64,000 bases of DNA from Phycisphaerae bacterium (GTDB taxonomy: Bacteria; Planctomycetota; Phycisphaerae; WQYP01), in contig JBQCGD010000168.1 of assembly GCA_051955985.1 (NCBI GenBank), positions 6,777 through 70,776 of the forward strand, in the 5' to 3' direction. The translations under genes were made by a program, and so were the position numbers. This document shows, one piece after another, positions 40,254 to 50,019 of the stretch (positions are counted from its first letter, which is position 1; every line of letters starts with the position of its first letter). The notes beneath the pieces are model-generated. The model had not been told where the DNA came from. It did not search any database and saw only the letters and a program-made list of their open reading frames with translations.

Positions 40254-41723
40254 ATGAAGCGCCCCGCCCTCCTCATCCTCCTTCTCCTCGCGGCGTTCCC
40301 CGTTTCCGCGCCTGCCGCCACGCCGCTTCACCCGCAGCTCCCGCAGGACACTCTTGCCTTCCTTGAACTTGACCCGACCGTCGCCCGCGCGCCCGACCAG
40401 TCCGCTCTCCTGGACCTCGGCGTCCAGGCGATGGAATCGATGGGCATCCTTTCCAAAAAAGCGTCTGAAGTCGGCGACATGCTCACCCTGATCGCCATGG
40501 CCGGCACCCATCACTCCTGCGTCGCCCTGCTGGATGCCGACCTTTCCGCCACGCCGCAGAATGACCTCGAGTGCCACGCCGTGCAGGTCGCCTGGGTCAT
40601 CGATACCGCAGGCCGCCCCAACGAAATGGTCGATCGCCTCACACGAATGCTCTCGCATCTCTCCACCCGCGCCACGGCCCGGCAATCCGTCCGGAAGACG
40701 CCCGAATCGCACCGCGAATACGTCCATTTTCGTGACACCACCTGGCCCGACTGGCTTTCCCTCGAATGGACGCAGCAGGCCAACACATTCATCCTCACGA
40801 TCGGCAACGGCGCCATGGAGCATTACCTTGCCGACCGTCCCGTCGGCGGCGCTCCCTGGTTGCCGTTCGTGGACGAGGCCGACAAGGCCGCTGCGGTTAA
40901 CCATTGCGTGGGCGACGTGGAATCCCGCATTTTCGTCAACACCCAGCTCTTTCGTGAGCGTTTCCCGGAGCCGATGCGCCGCACCATCCTTGGCCAGCTT
41001 TTTTCCACGCTTGATCTCAACGCCACGCAATCCTCCCTCTTCTCTGCCCGCATCCGGGACCGCGAAATCTCCCTCGACAATGCCACCCTCGCCAACGGTT
41101 CCACCACCGACACGGCCTGGACCGTTCCGGTAACGCCCGCGCTGCAGAAGCTCATCCCGCCGGAAGCCACCGCCTATCTGGCGCTCAAGCTGGACTGGCC
41201 CGCCCTCTTCACCCGCACCCTCACGCTCCTCGACGCGATCGTTCCGGACAACAAGATGAACCTTTCCCAGATGCTGGCGAAGGAAGAAGCGCACCGGAAC
41301 GTCAATATCGAGCGCGACATCCTTCCCTACCTCGAACCGATCGTCCTCATCCACGATGCGCCGCCGCATCCGCTTCGCCTGCCGTTGATGGTCACCGTCG
41401 TCGGCGCCGCCCAGCGTGATCACGCAGCAGATGTCAAAACGTCGCTCAACACCCTGCTCGGCGTGGCCGACAAGCTCCTCGGCCAGCGATCCGCCGCCCA
41501 CGCCCCCGCCGCCAATCCCGACCTCCCCGACCTGACGCATCTTCGGATCCGCGCGGACAAGGACGACGTCACCTATCTGCAGTTCGGACTCGTCGGACCC
41601 GCGTGGACCTGGGGAGGCCGGTCGCAAAACCTGTTCGTGTTTTCCTGGTCTCCCGCCGCCGTCCGGTACAATCTTTCCTTCGTCAGCCCCGCCGGCCCGG
41701 ATGCGTTCAAATCCGCCCCGTAG
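40254..41723 (+). CDS. Secreted hypothetical protein (489 aa) downstream of the ABC genes
   Basis: Signal peptide MKRPALLILLLLAAFPVSAPAA. No recognisable catalytic motif. Same strand, about 75 nt after the permease. Confidence 0.5.
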   Translation: MKRPALLILLLLAAFPVSAPAATPLHPQLPQDTLAFLELDPTVARAPDQSALLDLGVQAMESMGILSKKASEVGDMLTLIAMAGTHHSCVALLDADLSATPQNDLECHAVQVAWVIDTAGRPNEMVDRLTRMLSHLSTRATARQSVRKTPESHREYVHFRDTTWPDWLSLEWTQQANTFILTIGNGAMEHYLADRPVGGAPWLPFVDEADKAAAVNHCVGDVESRIFVNTQLFRERFPEPMRRTILGQLFSTLDLNATQSSLFSARIRDREISLDNATLANGSTTDTAWTVPVTPALQKLIPPEATAYLALKLDWPALFTRTLTLLDAIVPDNKMNLSQMLAKEEAHRNVNIERDILPYLEPIVLIHDAPPHPLRLPLMVTVVGAAQRDHAADVKTSLNTLLGVADKLLGQRSAAHAPAANPDLPDLTHLRIRADKDDVTYLQFGLVGPAWTWGGRSQNLFVFSWSPAAVRYNLSFVSPAGPDAFKSAP

Positions 41724-41857
41724 TGTGGTCCTGTCCCCTCAAACGTCAATCGCCCGGCCCCCGTCCGATCCCGCGCCGCCTGCGTGCCGCCCCTAGTCCT
41801 CTCCGCCGCGCGCGACTATGATACCCCGCAAGAACCATCCCCATCCCGGAGCTTCTC

Positions 41858-42991
41858 ATGACGCAACCCGCCCCTTCCGCTTCTTCCGCCGGCCTCCGCG
41901 ACGTCGTCGCGCTCCCTTCGTCGATCACCTCCATTGAGAACGACGTGCTCGCCTACCGGGGGATCAACATCGACGAACTCGCGGAAAACGCGTCGTTCGA
42001 AGAAGTCATTCACCTGCTCTGGCACGGTTCGCTCCCCAATCGCTCGGAACTCGACCAGCTTCGCTCGTCGATCGCCGCGCAGGCCGACCTCCCGCTCGGC
42101 CTCATCGTCGTCATGAAAACCTTCCCGCGCCGCACCACGCCGATGGAAGGGCTTCGCACCGCCGTCTCCGCGCTGGCCACGTTTGACGCCGAATCCGAAG
42201 ACATGTCTCCCGCGGCCAACGCACGCAAGGCCATTCGCATACAGGGGCAGATCGCCTCGATCGTCGCCGCGTACGAACGCATCCGCAACGACCGCGACCC
42301 CATTCCACCCCGTGCCGACCTCTCCCTTGCCGGGAACTTTCTTTACATGCTTCGCGGGATCGTGCCCGACCCCCTCTCCGTCCGCGCCCTCGACAAGGCC
42401 TTCATCCTCCACGCGGATCACGAACTCAACGCCTCCACCTTCGCCGCGCGCGTCGCCGCCGCCACTCTCACCGACATGCACTCGGCCGTCGTCGCCGCGA
42501 TCTGCGCCCTCAAGGGGCCCCTCCACGGCGGCGCCAATGAGCAGGTGATGAAGATGCTCAACGAGATTGGCCACCCTGACCGCGTCGATTCCTACATCCG
42601 CAACAAGCTCGAAACCAAGGAAAAGATCATGGGCTTCGGCCACGCCGTCTACAAGAACGGCGACCCCCGCGCCAAGCACCTCCGCGAAATGTCCCGCCAG
42701 CTCGGCAAACTCACCAACCAGGAAAACTGGTACAAGATGTCGATCGCCATCGAAGAAATCGTCACCGGCGCCAAGTCTCTGAAGCCCAACGTCGACTTCT
42801 ACTCCGCCTCCGTGTACCACTACCTCAACATCGCTCCCGACCTCTTTACGCCCATCTTCGCGATTTCCCGAACCTCCGGCTGGGTCGCCCACGTCCTCGA
42901 ACAATACGGCAACAACAAGCTCATCCGCCCGCGCGCGGAATATGTCGGCCCGCGCAATCAGCACTACATCCCGCTGGACAAGCGCGCGTAA
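41858..42991 (+). CDS. gltA: Citrate synthase (short bacterial/archaeal type; could be 2-methylcitrate synthase)
   Basis: GFGHAVYKNGDPRAKHL catalytic His block, C-terminal SGWVAHVLEQ. 377 aa. Confidence 0.9.
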   Translation: MTQPAPSASSAGLRDVVALPSSITSIENDVLAYRGINIDELAENASFEEVIHLLWHGSLPNRSELDQLRSSIAAQADLPLGLIVVMKTFPRRTTPMEGLRTAVSALATFDAESEDMSPAANARKAIRIQGQIASIVAAYERIRNDRDPIPPRADLSLAGNFLYMLRGIVPDPLSVRALDKAFILHADHELNASTFAARVAAATLTDMHSAVVAAICALKGPLHGGANEQVMKMLNEIGHPDRVDSYIRNKLETKEKIMGFGHAVYKNGDPRAKHLREMSRQLGKLTNQENWYKMSIAIEEIVTGAKSLKPNVDFYSASVYHYLNIAPDLFTPIFAISRTSGWVAHVLEQYGNNKLIRPRAEYVGPRNQHYIPLDKRA

Positions 42992-43098
42992 GCGAGCCCA
43001 CGGGGCCGTTGCTGAAGGTTGATGCAATGTCGCGCCGACGCCGGACGCTCCGGGGGGAGGGAACGCCACTCAGATTGAAAGTGGGGAGGCTGGTCTAC

Positions 43099-44211
43099 TT
43101 AACGGTTTGGCTGAAACCCGTCGAGGACGCCCGACTTGTTCAGAATGATGACCCAGTTGTCCGGGCTGTACACAAACGTCTGCGGCTGGGTGAGCGGCGT
43201 GGAGGAGACGATCTCGCCGGTGTCCACGCGCATGCAACGCAGGTTGTCGGAAGAATCCCCCGCCCACACGTAGTCGCCGTTCACCGAAGCAATTTGGGTC
43301 ACGCCGTCGGCTTCCCAGCGCACCGTGCCGTCCGCCGGGCTGACCGCGTAAAGGCCCTTGCCGCTGGCGGGAACGAGCACCTCGCCGCCGGCAAGCTTCG
43401 TCACCACCGGCGTCTGGTCGAGTTGCCCGTCGAGACGCTGGTTCCAGAGTTCGCCCCCCGTCGTCGCATCGAAGCCGTAGAGATAATGATCAAGCGACGG
43501 AACGAAGACGGCGTGCGTGTCGGTCGCAAGGCCGGCGACAACTTCGCCGTTGGTCTTGCGGTCCTTCCAGATCCAGTTGCCGTCCGTGGCGCTGATGCGC
43601 CACAGCTTGCCGTTGCGGCTGGCAATGGCCAGGGAGTCGGCGATCACCGCCGGATCCGAAACGAAGCTGTCCTGTGCCGCGAACGTCACCCACCGCTGCC
43701 CGCCCAGTTGATCCAGAAAGAGACCATGGAAATAGTCGTTCCCACCGACGCAGATCGTCGTGTCGATGACGACCGGCGTGGTCGTCGCGAGAAACCCGAT
43801 GCTGCTCGAATGCATGAGCCGCCCGGTTTCCTTGTTGAGCACGAAGAAGTTCCCGCGGTCCATGAGGAGGATTTCTTTTCCGCCGGCGAGTTCCACGGGC
43901 TTGTGGAACGTGGACGCCTCGCTGCCGACGATCGTGTCCCACGCCTTCACGCCGGAAGTCGCCACAACCCGCACGATCCGGGACTGGTCCGTGGTGAGAT
44001 ACACCGAGTCGCCGACGCGCCACGCATTATTGATGTGCTCCCCATTGGCCACCGCGATCTGTCGCTCCCAGACCTTCCGCAGGCCAACCTGGGTAAGATT
44101 GGGAAATGGGATGTAATCCGCGGCTTTGTCGTTCTTTTGTGCACACCCCGCAGAAGCCACGAGCGAAGCAGTCGCGAGAATCATGGCAACCTGTTGACGC
44201 AGAGAAAGCAT
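43099..44211 (-). CDS. PQQ-repeat beta-propeller lipoprotein (BamB-like fold)
   Basis: Lipoprotein signal MLSLRQQVAMILATASLVASAGC. Repeated WxxxxxG/YxxDxxTG propeller motifs (LYGFDATTGGELW, LYAVSPADGTVRW). Start chosen at the Met preceding the lipobox. Confidence 0.7.
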   Translation of the reverse strand: MLSLRQQVAMILATASLVASAGCAQKNDKAADYIPFPNLTQVGLRKVWERQIAVANGEHINNAWRVGDSVYLTTDQSRIVRVVATSGVKAWDTIVGSEASTFHKPVELAGGKEILLMDRGNFFVLNKETGRLMHSSSIGFLATTTPVVIDTTICVGGNDYFHGLFLDQLGGQRWVTFAAQDSFVSDPAVIADSLAIASRNGKLWRISATDGNWIWKDRKTNGEVVAGLATDTHAVFVPSLDHYLYGFDATTGGELWNQRLDGQLDQTPVVTKLAGGEVLVPASGKGLYAVSPADGTVRWEADGVTQIASVNGDYVWAGDSSDNLRCMRVDTGEIVSSTPLTQPQTFVYSPDNWVIILNKSGVLDGFQPNR

Positions 44212-44441
44212 GCGGACTCCTTGCGGATGCGGGACCTGGCCGAGAGGCCGAAGAGAACTATGCCGGCAAGGGGCCGATCGGACGAGCCGTTGTGCGCGGT
44301 CCGTGCCGTTGCGCACGCACCTGCGACTGCCACCTTCGCCATGGGGCACATCTTACTTCCGCAATGGATGGGGTCAACTGAAAATGGCCCGCCCCTCCGC
44401 TTGTTACACTGACGGTCGCTTTTGCATGAAAGGAGCAACCC

Positions 44442-45125
44442 ATGGAATTTGCCGGAAAAAAAGTGGTGGTGACGGGCGGAACGGGGTCTCTGGGCCGGGC
44501 CGTCGTGGATTCTGTGCTCAAGGAGGGTGCGGAGGTGTGGGTACCCGTGCGCGGCGAGAAACCCGCAAAAGCCTCGGAGGGCGTGCGGTTCGTCGAGGGG
44601 ATCGATCTGGCCAATGAGACCCAGGTGGAAGCGTTCTACCGGCAGGTCGGTCCGCTGTGGGCCTCGGTGCACACCGCCGGCGGCTTCGCCATGAGCCGCA
44701 TTGCCGAGACGAAACTGGCCGATTTTGTGAAGATGCTCGAGACGAATGCCGTCTCGGCGTTTCTGTGCTCACGCGAGGCCGTGAAGCCGATGAGGGCCGC
44801 CGGCGGGGGCGGACGGATCGTGAACGTCGCCGCAAAGCCCGCCCTACATCCGGTGGGGGGGATGATTCCATACGCTGCCAGCAAGGCGGCGGTGCTCTCG
44901 ATCACGCAGAGCTTGGCGGAGGAACTGGCAGCGGAGAAAATCTGGGTGAACGCCGTGGTGCCGTCGGTCATGGATACACCGCAGAATCGGGCATCCTTCC
45001 CCGCCGGCACCGATTTCTCCAGGTGGCCCACGGTCGAGGAGGTCGCCCGGACGGTTCTCTTCCTGGCCTCGCCGGAAAACCGCGTCACGCGCGGCGCCGC
45101 GGTGCCGGTCTATGGCAGAAGTTAA
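44442..45125 (+). CDS. SDR family oxidoreductase
   Basis: TGGTGSLG Rossmann motif, catalytic YAASKAA. AAAGGAG RBS. Confidence 0.85.
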   Translation: MEFAGKKVVVTGGTGSLGRAVVDSVLKEGAEVWVPVRGEKPAKASEGVRFVEGIDLANETQVEAFYRQVGPLWASVHTAGGFAMSRIAETKLADFVKMLETNAVSAFLCSREAVKPMRAAGGGGRIVNVAAKPALHPVGGMIPYAASKAAVLSITQSLAEELAAEKIWVNAVVPSVMDTPQNRASFPAGTDFSRWPTVEEVARTVLFLASPENRVTRGAAVPVYGRS

Positions 45126-45143
45126 ACACGAACGGGTGAGCGA

Positions 45144-45638
45144 ATGGCAATCATTTATTTCTGGCGGCACGGAATCGCGGAAGACGTCCACGGGCGGATG
45201 AAAGATGCCGATCGCAAACTGACGCCGGAAGGAAAAAGAAAACTGCGCAAAGCGGCGCAGGGATTTAAAGCATTGGTCGGCAAAAAGGCGATCGTCAAAA
45301 TCCTGACGAGCCCCCTGGCACGCGCGCGGGAGACTGCCGAGATCGTGGCCGAGGTCCTCGACGTCAAAGAGGTGGAAGTGCTGGAGGAGATCGCGCCTCC
45401 GGGTGATCTGGGCGCAGTCCTCAAGGAAGTGCGGCGCGCCGGCAGCGTGGAGCGCGGCGTGATCGTCGTCGGGCATGAACCGATCCTGGGGCATTGGGCC
45501 GGACAGATCGCCTTCGCGAAATCGGGGCATCTCCAGATGAAAAAAGGCGGAGTCGCCGCCGTGCGAATGGTTGGAACTGCCGGGCAGGGGGAATTGGTCG
45601 GCTTGTGGGAGCCGCGCGTCCTGAAGCGACTCTCCTAG
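45144..45638 (+). CDS. sixA: Histidine phosphatase family protein, SixA-like phosphohistidine phosphatase
   Basis: RHG motif at the N-terminus (YFWRHGIAE), about 160 aa, SixA-like length. Confidence 0.75.
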   Translation: MAIIYFWRHGIAEDVHGRMKDADRKLTPEGKRKLRKAAQGFKALVGKKAIVKILTSPLARARETAEIVAEVLDVKEVEVLEEIAPPGDLGAVLKEVRRAGSVERGVIVVGHEPILGHWAGQIAFAKSGHLQMKKGGVAAVRMVGTAGQGELVGLWEPRVLKRLS

Positions 45639-45653
45639 CCTCACAGCGCCTGG

Positions 45654-47402
45654 TCACAACTTCGGCGGAGCGGGTTTGATCGGCGGCGCGCCGGGTTTCA
45701 GCCCATGCACTTTCAAATGCCGGCAGTACACCGTCTCTCCGCACGTCGCGTACAGCGTCGAAAAATCCTTGCCGGCGAAGGCCACGTTTGAACATCTCCC
45801 ATTCGGCGTCGGAATGATGGCGATGACGCGGCCCGCCTGGTCGCACACCTGGATCCCCGCCCGTGTGGCCACATACAGCCGGCCGTCCGCATCCACGCAC
45901 ATCCCATCGCCGCCGGCATTGTCATACGCATCCCGAACGTAGAGATCGAAGAACTTCTGCTTCTCGGCGACGCTGCCGTCCGGCTGGATCTGGTAGCTGT
46001 ACACCCAGTGCGATTGGTAATCGGAAACGTACAGCAGCGACTGGTCGGGCGAGAGGCAGATGCCATTGGGGAACTTGATCCCGTCGTCGATCACGCGGCT
46101 TTCAAACTTCCCTTCCGCACCCGGTTTGATGAGCGACACCTGGTGGGGATCTCCGGGCTTGCCCCCCGATTCCGTCAGATAAAGATTGCCATTGTGCGCG
46201 ATCGTAAAGTCGTTTCCGTGGATGTTGCCGGCGACCACGGTCAACAGGTTGCCCGCATCGCCATTGCTGAGGACCAGTTGATGATGATCGCTGTCGATCG
46301 CGTAGTGCGGTCCCGCAAAATGCTGTGCGGAAGATTTGAAATGCGTTGCATATGCGGTTGGCGTTGCATCGCCCGCGGAGATGCGGAAGATCGTCTCCGA
46401 TTTTGGCGAGCAAAAGTAAAAGTTGCCCTCCTCATCGGCGCACGGTCCGTCCGAACTCGCCAGGTGATCGGCAGCGACCTGCCACCCTTCCCCCGGCAGC
46501 AGAACCTGCTGCAATTGCTCCGAGCCCCTGCCGGCACTCACCGGCCGCGGCCAGTCCTTCCACAGCCACCGCATGGCATCCGGAAATATCTGGTCCGCCT
46601 GCTTGTGCTCGTGCCCCCCCGTCCCGTAGATGTGATTCACCTCGTAACCGGCGAACGTCAGCGCGCGTTCCATCTCCTGGTTCGCCATCCACCAGTCCCC
46701 TCCATAATGGTTATGGTCGTTCGAGCCGTCCTGCAGGAAGATGCGGATGGGCTTGGGCTCATATTTCCGGATGAGCGATGGATAAATGTTGCCGCCGCGC
46801 AAATCCACAAATGTCCCGATGGCAGAAAAAACACGGTGAAATGAGTCATTGCGTTCCCACGCCGCCGTAAACGAGGCGATGCCGCCGGACGATGAGCCCG
46901 CAATCATGCGATCGTCCGGATTGGTGGAGAGGCGGATCGCCCGGCCATCCGAAGCATGCTGCTTCTCAACCGCGGGGAGAATTTCCTTCAGGACAAAGTT
47001 GGCGTAATCGGCGGAGAGACCATCGAATTCGTACGACCGGTTGTAGCGCGGCAACTGCTTCGCCGGATCAATTGCCTTGACGATCCCTGGAGCAATGAAA
47101 ACGCCGATCGTCACCGGCATTTCATGGGATGCAATCAATTCATCGAAAACCCTGGGGGCGTTGAACTGCACCCGGTCCTGGTCGACAAAAAGACACGCCG
47201 GCTTCGAACCGTCATAGGCGGAAGGGATGTATATCCAGTAGTCGCGGGTGGTGCCCGGAAACACCGAGCTTTCCGGCGCGGTGTAGGAGAACTTGAGCAC
47301 TTCGCCCGCAGGCCATGCAGGGCCCGTTGCCGGCTGAGAATCCTGGCCCAGTGCGACCCCGGTACCGGCAGCAACCAGCGCAAGGGCAAAAAAACGCTTC
47401 AT
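45654..47402 (-). CDS. Secreted two-domain protein: N-terminal esterase (alpha/beta hydrolase, enterochelin-esterase-like) plus C-terminal SMP-30/gluconolactonase/LRE-like beta-propeller
   Basis: Signal peptide. Nucleophile elbow IAGSSSGG. The C-terminal half has SGL-like propeller motifs (GICLSPDQSLLYVSD, GDGMCVDADGRLYVA). Confidence 0.7.
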   Translation of the reverse strand: MKRFFALALVAAGTGVALGQDSQPATGPAWPAGEVLKFSYTAPESSVFPGTTRDYWIYIPSAYDGSKPACLFVDQDRVQFNAPRVFDELIASHEMPVTIGVFIAPGIVKAIDPAKQLPRYNRSYEFDGLSADYANFVLKEILPAVEKQHASDGRAIRLSTNPDDRMIAGSSSGGIASFTAAWERNDSFHRVFSAIGTFVDLRGGNIYPSLIRKYEPKPIRIFLQDGSNDHNHYGGDWWMANQEMERALTFAGYEVNHIYGTGGHEHKQADQIFPDAMRWLWKDWPRPVSAGRGSEQLQQVLLPGEGWQVAADHLASSDGPCADEEGNFYFCSPKSETIFRISAGDATPTAYATHFKSSAQHFAGPHYAIDSDHHQLVLSNGDAGNLLTVVAGNIHGNDFTIAHNGNLYLTESGGKPGDPHQVSLIKPGAEGKFESRVIDDGIKFPNGICLSPDQSLLYVSDYQSHWVYSYQIQPDGSVAEKQKFFDLYVRDAYDNAGGDGMCVDADGRLYVATRAGIQVCDQAGRVIAIIPTPNGRCSNVAFAGKDFSTLYATCGETVYCRHLKVHGLKPGAPPIKPAPPKL

Positions 47403-47491
47403 CGCTCTTCCTTCGCATCAGAACATGATGCGAAGTGTAACGGTTAAACCGGAGCGATGATGCGTGGAAGGAATTCTAAATGTTGCGGCGC

Positions 47492-47671
47492 TTACCGTCG
47501 CTTGCGGCGCAGCAGCAGCAGCGATCCCAGGCCGATGATGCCCAGCGTCCCCGGCTCAGGGACCGGCGGACCCGCCACGGCGAGGGCGCCGTGCACGCCC
47601 ACTGCCGCATGGGCCACGCCCGCCACGCCCAGCACCGCGAGCGCCGCCGCCACTCCAAACAGGTTCTTCAT
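47492..47671 (-). CDS. Minimal PEP-CTERM protein (about 59 aa: signal peptide plus roughly 14 mature residues plus a PEP-CTERM sorting signal)
   Basis: MKNLFGVAAALAVLGVAGVAHA signal peptide, then VPEPGTLGIIGLGSLLLLRRKRR. GGAG RBS 8 nt upstream of this Met. The ORF track ORF is longer (77 aa). Confidence 0.5.
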   Translation of the reverse strand: MKNLFGVAAALAVLGVAGVAHAAVGVHGALAVAGPPVPEPGTLGIIGLGSLLLLRRKRR

Positions 47672-47758
47672 TGATGGCTCCAAAAGACACATAAACTTCC
47701 GCCATTCCCGGCGGCTTGAGGTCAATCAACTCGCGCCCAATTGCCCATGCGCCCGAAG

Positions 47759-48439
47759 TCACCGCCGGCGCTTCCGACGCAACAACATCAGGGCACCGCA
47801 ACCCAGCAGACCGATCGAACTGGCCTCCGGCACCGGGACGATCGCCCCCGCAAGCGGCACGTTCTGGGAGAGCGACGTCCCCCACAGGAAGGTCACGTTG
47901 CTTACGCTCGTCGTCGAGAGAAGTTCAGGGTTCGTCAGCGTAAACGTCGCCGTTTCCGCGGCAAACGGATTGTGGCCTGCATTGCCCAGGATGGAACCGT
48001 TCGCCGTATAAACGCCCGCGCTCAAATCCGTCCCGCCGGTGGCCGGTCCGATCAGCGCATCCGCCGCATCCGGGTGGAAATCGATTTGCATCGTGTTCCC
48101 GGTGATCAATTCCCACGACAAATGATTCACGCCGGAATCCGCGTAAGACCCGTCGCCGAACACCGTGCGTTCCGATCCCGTGGCCATAAATCCGGCCGTC
48201 GAAACGGTCGTTGCGCCGTTCCTCAACGTGAACGCAAGGCCCGTCAGGAGCTGCGAGGCGTCGGCTGTCTGCGCCGTGAGATTCTGCAGGGTGATCGTCA
48301 CCTTGCCCGCGGACATGTCGAAGTCCGCGGAACCCGCCACGTCGCGGCCGCCCACCGTTCCGAGATCCGTAATGATCGACGCGTGCGCCGCCGCCGTTGT
48401 TGCCAGACAAAGCAGCCCGGCAGCCCAGAAAGATTTCAT
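47759..48439 (-). CDS. Secreted PEP-CTERM domain protein (226 aa)
   Basis: Signal peptide MKSFWAAGLLCLATTAAAHA. C-terminal VPVPEASSIGLLGCGALMLLRRKRRR. Confidence 0.7.
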   Translation of the reverse strand: MKSFWAAGLLCLATTAAAHASIITDLGTVGGRDVAGSADFDMSAGKVTITLQNLTAQTADASQLLTGLAFTLRNGATTVSTAGFMATGSERTVFGDGSYADSGVNHLSWELITGNTMQIDFHPDAADALIGPATGGTDLSAGVYTANGSILGNAGHNPFAAETATFTLTNPELLSTTSVSNVTFLWGTSLSQNVPLAGAIVPVPEASSIGLLGCGALMLLRRKRRR

Positions 48440-48638
48440 CCATTTTCTCCACGACAGGAATTCTCAGGGACAGGAGAAACATCGGATGATTCCTATGGCT
48501 GATCGACTTCGACCCCGCAGATTTTGCGCAACGAGGGTCGATAAGACGCGCCGCAACGGCATACGAGCCAGCGTGCCGGCAAGCCGCTCCGATAATTGCG
48601 TCCACTCCCTTCCCCATCTTCTCGCGTATACTGCCCCC

Positions 48639-49655
48639 GTGAAGATTTTTTACTCACCCCGGCATGTCGAACACGCGCCCGACTGGTACGTCGCCGACGG
48701 TATCGTCTGCCCCTGCCCCGAGGTCCCCGGCCGGGCGGAAGCCATTCTCCGATCGCTCGCCGCCGCCGGTCATTCCCTCATCACCCCCGACCTCGATCCC
48801 ATGCCCGCGATCCAACGAACGCACGACGCCGGGTACCTGCAATACCTTTCCAGCATCCACGCGACGTGGACGGCCGAGTTCGGCAACTGTGATGTGATCC
48901 CCGATACCTTCCCGCGGCGCATTGCAAAGAAACCCCCGACCAAGCCCTCCGCCCAGGCCGGCTACTACTGCTTCGACATGGCAGCGCCGATCACCCGGGG
49001 AACCTGGGAGGCGTCCGTCGCCTCGTCCTCGCTGGCAATCGCAGCCGCCGAGGCGATCCTGCAGCACGAAACCACCTTCGCGCTCTGCCGGCCGCCGGGC
49101 CATCACGCAGGAAAAAATTATTGCGGAGGCTTTTGCTACCTGAACAACGTGGCCATCGCCGCAGAGCATCTCCTGGCCCGCGGAAAGAAACGCATCGCGA
49201 TTCTCGACATCGATTACCACCACGGCAACGGCACGCAGGACATCTTCTACGCCCGTCCCGATGTCCTCTTTGTCTCCATCCACGCCGATCCCAACACCCA
49301 ATACCCCTACTTCTGGGGCCACGCGGAGGAAACCGGGGAAGGGGCAGGCGCCGGTTGCACCGTGAATCTCCCCCTCGCGCGCGGCGCTTCTGAGACACAC
49401 TGGCTGCAGGCGCTCGACCTCGCCGGTGGACACCTGCAACGCTTCACCCCGGAGATCCTGCTCGTCTCCTTCGGCGCCGATATCTGCCAGTCCGATGGCG
49501 TCGGAGACTTCGGCATCACCTTGCCGGCCTTCGTAGAAATCGGCCGCCGCCTGCGCCGCCTCAATCTCCCGACCGCCTTCGTCCAGGAGGGGGGTTACAA
49601 CATCGCACAGATCGGTGAATGTGCTGCCCGGCTGCTCGATGGCTTCTCCGCCTGA
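48639..49655 (+). CDS. Histone deacetylase-family (arginase/deacetylase superfamily) amidohydrolase
   Basis: PPGHHA, DIDYHHGNGTQ and GGY motifs for the Zn-binding and catalytic residues. GTG start chosen at VKIFYSP, which is uncertain; the track ORF begins far upstream at 48165. Confidence 0.8.
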   Translation: MKIFYSPRHVEHAPDWYVADGIVCPCPEVPGRAEAILRSLAAAGHSLITPDLDPMPAIQRTHDAGYLQYLSSIHATWTAEFGNCDVIPDTFPRRIAKKPPTKPSAQAGYYCFDMAAPITRGTWEASVASSSLAIAAAEAILQHETTFALCRPPGHHAGKNYCGGFCYLNNVAIAAEHLLARGKKRIAILDIDYHHGNGTQDIFYARPDVLFVSIHADPNTQYPYFWGHAEETGEGAGAGCTVNLPLARGASETHWLQALDLAGGHLQRFTPEILLVSFGADICQSDGVGDFGITLPAFVEIGRRLRRLNLPTAFVQEGGYNIAQIGECAARLLDGFSA

Positions 49656-50019
49656 TCGGGCCAGCCGCTCCCTCACTTCATTTTCGGCGGAAACACCCGC
49701 GCCACCGTCCCCACGGTGATCGCCCTCACTATCGACCGGATTCTTTCCTTGCGCCACGACGGCAGCTTCTTCGTGTGCGTTATCGTGGCGAGCTGCGCGC
49801 AGAACAACTGGTCATTCCGTGACATCAACGTCCGTTCCTTCCCTTCGTCCACCGAGCTTCCTCCGGCGCGCACCGGTCCCAGGTGCGGCCACGTGCCACA
49901 AATGTTCCGCGCGCAACCCGGCCGCGAGGCTTGTGACGGTGAAGAAACTGCAGGGGATATGTCAGGCCTCGCCGACCGCCGATTTTAAGCGGCCAAGGTC
50001 AGCTCAACCATACCCTCTC

